Source of the DNA: an uncultured Gemmatimonadaceae bacterium
GTDB lineage: Bacteria; Gemmatimonadota; Gemmatimonadetes; Gemmatimonadales; Gemmatimonadaceae
DNA: 64,000 nucleotides
Direction: 5' to 3'
NCBI GenBank assembly: GCA_963716745.1
Contig: OY970320.1
Span: 1,472,001-1,536,000 of the forward strand
Of the stretch, positions 31,812-39,378 are shown piece after piece. The notes under the pieces are model-generated. The model was not told the DNA's origin. It did not search any database and was given only the letters and a program-made list of their open reading frames with translations. Positions within the stretch are counted from its first letter, which is position 1; the number at the start of each line of letters is the position of its first letter. The position numbers and the translations under genes were made by a program.

Positions 31812-33058
31812 GGTTGGTCCGCGGTGAGCGTCTGAAGGGTGAGCAGCGCGGCCGCGTTCTGCGCCGCCGCGAGGTCGTCCACGTAGTGCCCCAGCGCGTC
31901 GCGCGCGGTGCGCTGCGCTTCGAGCACGGTGGGGATGCCGGCCGCGCCCTCTGCGTACGCGGTGAGGGACATTCGCGCTACGCGGTCGGCGCTGGCGAGC
32001 AGCCTCTGATCGCGCGCCACGCGCGCCACAGCGGCCTCGAGTTCGCGGCGCGCGCGCGCGATGGCCGCCTGGCTCTCGCGCTGCGCGCGCGCGAATTCCG
32101 CCTGGGCGCGGAACACGCCCGCCTGCGCGACCGCGATCTCGCCCGAGCGCCGGCTCCAGAGCGGCAGCGGCACGGTGATGCCGACGGTCGGGAGGAAGCC
32201 CGGCTCGGCGCCCGTGGGGTCGTGCGTGTCGAAACCAAGTGAGAGCGACGGCGTGCTGAAGATGCTCTTGTTCTCCACCGCGAGCGCGCTCGCGGCGCCA
32301 CGCATCGATGCCTCGGCGGCGGCCACCGCGAGCGGAGCCGGCGCGGCGGCGGTGGTGTCGGGAGGACCGCCCGCTCGCGGCATAGTGACGGCCGTGAGCG
32401 AATCCGTGAGCGCGATGAGTTCGCGGCCGGCGGGCAATCCCATCACGCGTTGGAGCTCGAGCAGCGCGCTCAGCGCGGCAAGGGAATCGTTCGCGCTCGC
32501 ATTGGCCGCCTGGCCCGCGTTCACGGCCGCCAACTCCACATCGAGATCGCTGGCGTCGCCGGCATCGCGCCGGAGACGGGCGAGCACGAGCAGGCTGTCG
32601 GCCTCGATGGCGGTGCGCGACGAGAGGCGCGCGTGCGCCGCGGTGGCGAGCGCGGCCGTGTACGACGTGTCGGCCTCCACGCGCGCCGCCGCGCGCTCGA
32701 GCACGAACCGGTAGTGCGCTGCGCGCTGCAGTTGGTGCGCCGCTTCCGAACGGGCGTCGCGCAGCCCGGGGTATTCGATCGGCTGGTCGAGCGAGACGTG
32801 ATATTGCGGCACCGACTTCGAGTAGCCGGCGGCGAGCGCAGGATTCGGATACGCCTCGGCCGCCACGAGCGCCGCGCGCGCCGCGGCGGTGTCGGTGAGC
32901 GCGAAGGCGACGCGCGACCCGTTCGTGAGCGCCTCGGACACGGCCTGCGTGCGCGAGACCGGACGGAGCGTGTCAGCGCCCTGCTGCGCGCCGGCGGCGG
33001 GCACTGCCGCGCCGAGCAGCACACCGAGCCATAGCGGGGCCCCGCAGATCAGGCGCAT
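31808..33058 (-). CDS. TolC-family outer membrane factor
   Basis: Signal peptide; Ala-rich helical repeats; 'YPNP.L', 'VPLPLW', 'AY.EG..G...VLEAQR'; first gene of the RND operon. Confidence 0.88.
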   Translation of the reverse strand: MRLICGAPLWLGVLLGAAVPAAGAQQGADTLRPVSRTQAVSEALTNGSRVAFALTDTAAARAALVAAEAYPNPALAAGYSKSVPQYHVSLDQPIEYPGLRDARSEAAHQLQRAAHYRFVLERAAARVEADTSYTAALATAAHARLSSRTAIEADSLLVLARLRRDAGDASDLDVELAAVNAGQAANASANDSLAALSALLELQRVMGLPAGRELIALTDSLTAVTMPRAGGPPDTTAAAPAPLAVAAAEASMRGAASALAVENKSIFSTPSLSLGFDTHDPTGAEPGFLPTVGITVPLPLWSRRSGEIAVAQAGVFRAQAEFARAQRESQAAIARARRELEAAVARVARDQRLLASADRVARMSLTAYAEGAAGIPTVLEAQRTARDALGHYVDDLAAAQNAAALLTLQTLTADQP

Positions 33059-33127
33059 AGAACGAGAAAGATGCCCCCCTCGCGGCGGCCACGCCAACAT
33101 CCAGGGGATTACATCTCCGCAATGCAC

Positions 33128-33159
33128 GAAGCGCGCGAGGCTTTTGCCCCGCGCGCTTC
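33128..33159 (-). terminator. Hairpin downstream of pilC (probable terminator)
   Basis: GAAGCGCGCGGGGC-AAAA-GCCTCGCGCGCTTC on the minus strand; weak U tract. Confidence 0.5.
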
Positions 33160-33162
33160 AGT

Positions 33163-33180
33163 ACGCACGACTCACGACTC
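33163..33180 (+). repeat. Heptamer (CACGACT) tandem repeat, copy 1
   Basis: ACGCACGACTCACGACTC, identical to 39307-39324. Confidence 0.8.
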
Positions 33181-33192
33181 CCGCCGCTAGCG

Positions 33193-34383
33193 TTACTGCA
33201 CGGCGTTGATCATGTCGAAGATCGGCAGGTACATGGCGACCACCATGCCGCCGACGATCACGCCGAGGAACACGATCATGACCGGTTCCATCAGCGACAG
33301 CAAGCCGCCGACGGCCGTGTCGACTTCCGTGTCGTAGAAGTCGGCGATCTTCGTGAGCATTTCGTCCAGACCGCCCGTCTGTTCACCGACCGCGATCATC
33401 GAGATCACCATCGGCGGGAAGACGTTCGACTTCTGGAGGGGCGCGGAGATCGTATCACCGCCGGCGATCGACGCGCGGCTCGACATGATCGCGTCGTGGA
33501 TCACGCGGTTGCCCGCGGTCTTGGCGGTGATCTCGAGACCGTCCAGGATGCTCACGCCGGAGCTGATCAGCGTACCGAGCGTGCGCGTGAAGCGCGAGAC
33601 GGCCGACTTGCGCAGCATGTCGCCCAGCACCGGCATATGGAGCAGCGCGGTGTCGAGCTTGAGCTGGCCGCTGGGTGTCTTGTACCAGCGCCGGGTGGCC
33701 CACACGAGGCCGTAGCCGCCGATCAGGAACGCCCACCAGTACCCTTTCACGATCACCGACAGCTCGATCACGACGCGCGTGGGGAGCGGCAGCGCCAGGT
33801 TCACGCTGGCGAACATGTTCTCGAACACCGGGATCACGAAGATCAGCAGCACGACGATCGCGATGAAGGCCACGCTCATGATCACGAGCGGGTACACCAT
33901 CGCGCTCTTCACCTTGCCGATCAGGGCGTCGTTCTTCTCGAGGAACGTCGCGAGACGCATCAAGATGGTGTCCAGGATACCGCCCGCCTCGCCGGCCGCG
34001 ACCATGTTCACGTACAGGTCGCTGAAGGCCTTGGGGTGCCGCCGCAGCGCGTCGGCCACGGTGTGGCCCGATTCCACGTCGTACACCACCTGCCTCGTGA
34101 CTTCCTGCAGCGCCGGGTTCTCGCTCTGCTTGCTCAGGATGTCCAGCGCCTGGACGAGCGGAAGACCCGAATTGATCATCGTCGAGAACTGCCGCGTGAA
34201 GATCACGACGTCCTTCGTCTTGATCCTCCCGCCGCGTTTCTTCTTCTGCTCCTCGTCCACCTTGACGACGATGAGCTTCTGGCGGCGGAGCTGGGCGACG
34301 ACATCATCGCGCGACGTCCCCTCCATCGTCGCGTTCTTGAGTTCGCCGCTGAGCGTGCGCGCGGTGTAGGCGAAAGTCGGCAT
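33193..34383 (-). CDS. pilC: Type IV pilus platform protein (T2SS F family)
   Basis: 'FTRQFSTMINSGLPL', 'AGEAGGILD', 'VGEQTGGLDEML', 'MYLPIF'. Confidence 0.95.
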   Translation of the reverse strand: MPTFAYTARTLSGELKNATMEGTSRDDVVAQLRRQKLIVVKVDEEQKKKRGGRIKTKDVVIFTRQFSTMINSGLPLVQALDILSKQSENPALQEVTRQVVYDVESGHTVADALRRHPKAFSDLYVNMVAAGEAGGILDTILMRLATFLEKNDALIGKVKSAMVYPLVIMSVAFIAIVVLLIFVIPVFENMFASVNLALPLPTRVVIELSVIVKGYWWAFLIGGYGLVWATRRWYKTPSGQLKLDTALLHMPVLGDMLRKSAVSRFTRTLGTLISSGVSILDGLEITAKTAGNRVIHDAIMSSRASIAGGDTISAPLQKSNVFPPMVISMIAVGEQTGGLDEMLTKIADFYDTEVDTAVGGLLSLMEPVMIVFLGVIVGGMVVAMYLPIFDMINAVQ

Positions 34384-34404
34384 TCGTGCTCCTGAGTCGC
34401 GGAG

Positions 34405-35580
34405 TTAGCGCTTGCCGCCGGCGCCGGCCATCCGCTGTTCGCGGCTGGGCACCTGCAGCGGGTCCGTGCTGTCATCCATCGGGCCTTCACCGATCATCCG
34501 GAGGAACTCGTTGGGATCGGACGAAACGCGGAGGCATTCCTCGCGCACCACTTCGCGCGCCATGTACAGCTGGTAGAGCGCATCGTTGAGCGTCTGCATG
34601 CCGTACTTCTTGCCCGACTGCATCGACGAGTGCACCTGGTGGATCTTCGCGTCGCGAATGAGCGCGCGGATCGCCGGCGTGGCGATCAGGATCTCGGCCG
34701 CCATCACGCGGCCGCGTCCCTTCGCGCGCGGGAGCAGCGTTTGCGTCACGATGCCTTCGAGCACGAACGCGAGCTGCTGCCGCACCTGCTGCTGCTGGTG
34801 CGCCGGGAACACGTCCACCATGCGCGTGATCGCCTCGGCCGCCGAGTTGGTGTGCAGCGTGGCGAAGCAGAGGTGACCCGTCTCCGAGATCGTGAGCGCG
34901 GCCGCGATCGTCTCGAGGTCGCGCATTTCGCCGACGAGGATCACGTCGGGATCCTCGCGCAGCGCGTACTTGAGCGCGTTGGCGAAGCTCTTCGTGTCGG
35001 TACCCACCTCGCGCTGATTGACGATGCAGCTCTGGTGGCGGTGGATGAACTCGATCGGATCTTCCACTGTGATGATGTGGCCGCGGCGCTCGCGATTGAT
35101 CTTGTCGATCATCGCGGCGAGCGTGGTGCTCTTGCCCGAGCCCGTCGGACCGGTGACGAGCACGAGACCGCGCGGCTTCTCCGCCATCTTTGCGACCGCG
35201 GGCGAGAGCCCCAGTTCGTCGAAGGTGCGGATGTTGAACGGGATCTGCCGGATCACGAGGCTCACGCAGCCCCGCTGCTTGAAGCAGTTGCCGCGGAAGC
35301 GGGCCAGGTTCTGGATGCCGAAGGAGAAGTCGAGCTCGTCCTCGGTCTCGAAGCGCTTCTTCTGGTTCTCAGTGAGGATCGAGTACGCGAGTTGCAGCGT
35401 GTCCTTGGGCGAGAGCACCTGATCGGTGTTCGAATCGGTGATGTCGCCATCGATGCGGAGCTTCGGACGGTCGCCGGCCGTGATGTGCAGGTCGGAAGCG
35501 TCCCGTTCGATCATCTCCTCCAGAAGCTGGCGGAGATTGGCGCCCTGTGGTGGGGCGGCGGTTGAGGCTGGGGCGGTCAT
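34405..35580 (-). CDS. pilT: Type IV pilus retraction ATPase
   Basis: 'GPTGSGKSTT', 'TVEDPIE', 'LREDPDVILVGEMRD', 'TLHT', 'AIRALIRD', 'GMQT'. Confidence 0.95.
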   Translation of the reverse strand: MTAPASTAAPPQGANLRQLLEEMIERDASDLHITAGDRPKLRIDGDITDSNTDQVLSPKDTLQLAYSILTENQKKRFETEDELDFSFGIQNLARFRGNCFKQRGCVSLVIRQIPFNIRTFDELGLSPAVAKMAEKPRGLVLVTGPTGSGKSTTLAAMIDKINRERRGHIITVEDPIEFIHRHQSCIVNQREVGTDTKSFANALKYALREDPDVILVGEMRDLETIAAALTISETGHLCFATLHTNSAAEAITRMVDVFPAHQQQQVRQQLAFVLEGIVTQTLLPRAKGRGRVMAAEILIATPAIRALIRDAKIHQVHSSMQSGKKYGMQTLNDALYQLYMAREVVREECLRVSSDPNEFLRMIGEGPMDDSTDPLQVPSREQRMAGAGGKR

Positions 35581-35712
35581 TGGGCTCCGGGACGGTCGGT
35601 ACGGGTGGGGCCGGATACCGGCCACATCATAATAGTAGACGACGAAGCCGGCGGAACGATTCGTCCGCCGGCCGGATACCACCCTCCCAAGCCGGCCGGG
35701 CCGGGGCCCGGG

Positions 35713-37539
35713 CTAGGAGGCCGTTTCGCGGATCACCTGGTCCAGGGTGGTGATCCCCTTCATGACCTTCAGCAGGCCGTCCATGCGCAGAGTGAGCATG
35801 CCGTCCTGCACGGCGGCATCGCGGATCTCGGCCGCGCCGGCGCTCTGCATGATCAGCTTCCGCACGCGCGGGGTCATCATCATGACCTCGTACAAGCCCT
35901 GGCGCCCCTTGAGACCCGACTGGCCGCAGGCGTCGCAGCCGCGGCCCTTGAAGAAGGGCATCTCGCCGACCTTGGTCTTGAGCGAGAAGTCCTTCACGAT
36001 CGGCGCGGCTTCCTTGCTGGCCATGCGCTTCATGTTCGTGATCGCTTCCTCGGTGTACTGCATGTCGCCGAAGGTCGCGTCCTTGTTCAAATGCGCGGCC
36101 TTGAGTTCCACGTCGTCGGGCTCGTACTTGGCGCGGCACGTGCCGCAGATGCGGCGCACGAGCCGCTGCGCCAGCACGAGGTTGAGCGCGCTGGCCACGT
36201 TGAACGGCTCGAGCCCCATGTCCATGAGACGCGTCACCGTTTCCGGCGCCGAGTTCGTGTGCAGCGTGCTCATCACCAAGTGGCCCGTGAGGGCGGCCTT
36301 GATCGCGATGCCACCCGTTTCCAGGTCGCGGATCTCTCCGATCATGATGATGTTCGGGTCCTGCCGGAGGAACGCTTTCAGCGCCGCGGCGAACGACAGG
36401 CCGATATCGGTGCGCACGAGCACCTGATTGATCCCGAAGAGATTGTACTCGACGGGATCCTCGGCGGTCATGATGTTCACGTCGATGTTGTTCACCTTCG
36501 AGAGCGCCGAGTACAGCGTGGTGGTCTTGCCCGAGCCCGTGGGGCCGGTGACGAGCACCATGCCGTACGGGTTGGCGACCGCTTCCATGAGGTCGGCCTC
36601 GGCGCGCGGCTCGATGCCGAACTTCTCGAGGTCGAGCGTCAGGTTCCCCTTGTCGAGGATCCGGAGGACGACCTTCTCGCCGAACAGCGTGGGCAGCGTG
36701 GACACGCGGTAGTCGATGACCTTCTTGCCGATCTTCAGTTTGATGCGGCCGTCCTGCGGCACGCGGCGCTCGGCGATGTTCAAGTTCGCCATGATCTTGA
36801 AGCGCGAGATGAGCGCCGCCTTGAGCTTCATCGGCGGCTTCATGATCTCCATGAGCGCGCCGTCGATGCGGTAGCGCACGCGCATCTCGAACTCGAAGCA
36901 TTCGAAGTGGATGTCCGACGCGCCCTTCTTCACGGCGTCGGTGAGGATCCCGTTGATGAGCTTCACCACCGGGGCGTCGTCGATCGCGGCGGCGAGAACG
37001 GAGGCGTTGACCTCCTCCTCCTTCTCCTCGACGACTTCGACGTCGCTGTCATCCTCCATGTCGCTGAGGATGTTCGCCAGCGCGTCGCCGCCGGTGTCGC
37101 CATAGTGCTTGTCGACGGCGTTGCGCAGCGTGTACTCACCGGCGATGACCGGGAAGATGTCGTAGCGCGTGATGAACTTCAGGTCATCGATGACGCCGAG
37201 GTCGGACGGGTCGGCCATCGCGACCGTGAGCGTGCGCCCTTCGCGCTTGAGCGGCAGCACGAGGTGGCGCTGCGCGAGCTCGGCGGGAATGAGCTTCGCG
37301 ATGCGCTGGTCGACTTCGAAGTTGGTGAGGTCCACCGCCGGCATGCGGTATTGGCGGGCCAGCATGCGGGTGAGTTCCACCTCGTTCACGAAGCCGAGCT
37401 TCACGAGGTTGTAGCCGACGCGGTATCCGCCCTGCTTCTGTTCCTGGAGCGCCTTGTCGAGCGCCTGTTGATTGATGAGCCCCTCCTTCAGGAGGAGCTC
37501 ACCGATCTTCAGACCAGTGGCGACTGCTTGAGCGGCCAT
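35713..37539 (-). CDS. pilB: Type IV pilus assembly ATPase with MshEN N-terminus
   Basis: 'ASDIHFE', 'PQDGR', 'GPTGSGKTTT', 'LRQDPNIIMIGEIRD', tetracysteine 'CGTC..CDAC'. Confidence 0.95.
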   Translation of the reverse strand: MAAQAVATGLKIGELLLKEGLINQQALDKALQEQKQGGYRVGYNLVKLGFVNEVELTRMLARQYRMPAVDLTNFEVDQRIAKLIPAELAQRHLVLPLKREGRTLTVAMADPSDLGVIDDLKFITRYDIFPVIAGEYTLRNAVDKHYGDTGGDALANILSDMEDDSDVEVVEEKEEEVNASVLAAAIDDAPVVKLINGILTDAVKKGASDIHFECFEFEMRVRYRIDGALMEIMKPPMKLKAALISRFKIMANLNIAERRVPQDGRIKLKIGKKVIDYRVSTLPTLFGEKVVLRILDKGNLTLDLEKFGIEPRAEADLMEAVANPYGMVLVTGPTGSGKTTTLYSALSKVNNIDVNIMTAEDPVEYNLFGINQVLVRTDIGLSFAAALKAFLRQDPNIIMIGEIRDLETGGIAIKAALTGHLVMSTLHTNSAPETVTRLMDMGLEPFNVASALNLVLAQRLVRRICGTCRAKYEPDDVELKAAHLNKDATFGDMQYTEEAITNMKRMASKEAAPIVKDFSLKTKVGEMPFFKGRGCDACGQSGLKGRQGLYEVMMMTPRVRKLIMQSAGAAEIRDAAVQDGMLTLRMDGLLKVMKGITTLDQVIRETAS

Positions 37540-37617
37540 CGGGGCTCGAAAGAGTGGAACGGCATATCGCCGGTCGCCCCCGGCCAAGGACCGGGCTGCG
37601 TGCAGGTCGATATTCTG

Positions 37618-38265
37618 TCATGGAGAGCGCGGCTTCCGCAAGCGCCGGCCGCGGCCGCCGGCGTCGCCGGAGGCCCCGTCTCCATCGTTGGATGGACGCG
37701 GTGTCAGGGTGAAGGTCACGTACGAAGCTATGGTACGCGCGATGGTCGGACCGATGCCCTTCACTCGCGTGAGTTCCTCGAGACTCCCGAACGGTCCGTT
37801 CGCGTCGCGGTCCGCCACGATCCGGCGTGCGAGCGTGGGTCCGATGCGCGGAAGGCGCTCGATCTCGGCCGCGGATGCGACGTCCACGTCTACCTTGACT
37901 GGCGGTTCGACCGCGGAAGGCGTGAGACCGGAGCCTGGACTCTCCGCGTCAGAGCGGCCGCTGCTCCGGCTCGGCCTCACGCGCGCATAGTACACCCGCG
38001 GCGGCGTGCTCTCCTCGGTCCAGACGCTGCCACCTGTCACCGGGCGCGGACCGGCAGCGGTATCGGGCTTGGAACGTTTTCGGCCCTTCCCGCCCCCGGC
38101 GCGCCTCGCACTGTCGACGGCCTCGATCTGCCGGTGGAGTTCCAGCCGCGAATTCGCGCTCGGCGGCGGCGCATTGCCGGAGGCGCCGAGCACTCGCGCG
38201 GCGGCGCCCAGGAGGATCACTCCGGCGAAGAAGGTGAGGGCCCGTTTCTCGGTGGGTGTTGGCAT
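37618..38265 (-). CDS. comEA: ComEA-family helix-hairpin-helix DNA-binding protein
   Basis: N-terminal 'TPTEKRAL'+TM; 'VDVDVAS..EI.RLP.IGP.LA.RIV..R...GPF.SLEEL..VKGIG'. Confidence 0.85.
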   Translation of the reverse strand: MPTPTEKRALTFFAGVILLGAAARVLGASGNAPPPSANSRLELHRQIEAVDSARRAGGGKGRKRSKPDTAAGPRPVTGGSVWTEESTPPRVYYARVRPSRSSGRSDAESPGSGLTPSAVEPPVKVDVDVASAAEIERLPRIGPTLARRIVADRDANGPFGSLEELTRVKGIGPTIARTIASYVTFTLTPRPSNDGDGASGDAGGRGRRLRKPRSP

Positions 38266-38336
38266 GGGCGAACATGTGGTGCGCGCTGCCGCGGACCATC
38301 ACCCGAACATCACTCAGCGCATCGAACCACTGCGCG

Positions 38337-39230
38337 CTATTCGTGCACCAGGGCGTACGCGACGTCGCCCGATATTTGCAGGCTCTTCTGCGACACTTTG
38401 TCGTATGTGTCCTGCGGCGTGTGGTGCTGCGGGTAGTCGGCATCGATGACGTCGATGACGTGCAGCCCGCCGTCGAGCAGAGGGAGATGGTCGTCGATCA
38501 TGGCGCCCGCGCCCATGGGGACGAAGGTACCCTTGTACCCGAGGTCGGCGGCCTTCTTCCACACGAGGGCGACGACTTCCGGCGCGCGTTGCACTGAGAA
38601 TGCCTCTTCGGGAAAACGCGTGTTCTGCTTCCCGATCATGTCCCACAGCACGCCGTACAGCGGCGCATAGCCCGAATCGGGCAGATGCTTGGCGAAGTAT
38701 TTCGCGCCGAGCAGGACGTCCTTGCCATTGTCGAAGGAGCCGTAGTCCTCGCCGTCCACGAACAGCAGGTCGACTCCGACATTCGGCGGCGTCTTCTTGA
38801 GCGCCTCGGCGAGCGCGATGAACATGGCGACGCCGGACGCGCCGTCGTTCGCGCCGGGCATTGGGAGCGCGCGCTGCACGGGGTCCGGCGTACCGTCGGA
38901 GATGGGCCGCGTGTCCCAATGCGTGATGAAGAGCACGCGCTGCGTTTCCTTGGGTCGGAAGCGCGCGATGATGTTCCGGAGCGGCAGTGTGTCGCCCTTG
39001 GTGGTCACGTGGGTCCACTTCTGCTCGATCACCGTGTCGGCCGTCAACCTCACCTGCTCAACGATCCAGTCGCCCGTCTTGCGATGCGCGGCCGTGCCGG
39101 GGATGCGCGGTCCGTTGTCCACCTGCGTCTTCACATAGCCGAGCGCCACCGCGCCATTGAAGGGAGTGCGTGGAGCGTCGTTCCTGCACGCCAAGGCCAA
39201 GCTCAGGAGGAGGATCGCGTAACGCCGCAC
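38337..39230 (-). CDS. M28-family zinc enzyme lipoprotein, probable glutaminyl-peptide cyclotransferase
   Basis: Lipobox 'LALAC'; 'GPR.PGT', 'HWDTR', 'GANDGASG', 'DGED', 'DMIG', 'DDH', 'HHT..D'. Confidence 0.82.
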   Translation of the reverse strand: MRRYAILLLSLALACRNDAPRTPFNGAVALGYVKTQVDNGPRIPGTAAHRKTGDWIVEQVRLTADTVIEQKWTHVTTKGDTLPLRNIIARFRPKETQRVLFITHWDTRPISDGTPDPVQRALPMPGANDGASGVAMFIALAEALKKTPPNVGVDLLFVDGEDYGSFDNGKDVLLGAKYFAKHLPDSGYAPLYGVLWDMIGKQNTRFPEEAFSVQRAPEVVALVWKKAADLGYKGTFVPMGAGAMIDDHLPLLDGGLHVIDVIDADYPQHHTPQDTYDKVSQKSLQISGDVAYALVHE

Positions 39231-39302
39231 CGATTGGAACTCCGTGGAGGTTCGAGGGAATGTAATCGTTCAGCGGCCGCCGTTCATTGTTCCTATGCAA
39301 TT

Positions 39303-39329
39303 CACGACGCACGACTCACGACTCACGCC
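39303..39329 (+). repeat. Heptamer (CACGACT) tandem repeat, copy 2
   Basis: CACGACG-CACGACT-CACGACT-CACGCC in the M28/lptF divergent intergenic region. Confidence 0.8.
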
Positions 39330-39378
39330 GTTTATTAGCCCCCTGGCGCCGTAAGCCATAGATTCCCTTCCGATCTCC

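Noticed and set aside
35605..38436. Very long antisense or alternative-frame ORFs (e.g. 943 aa here, 680 aa at 9781-11823)
   Set aside because: Shadow ORFs expected in high-GC DNA; they are Arg/Ala-rich, lack motifs and overlap well-supported genes.
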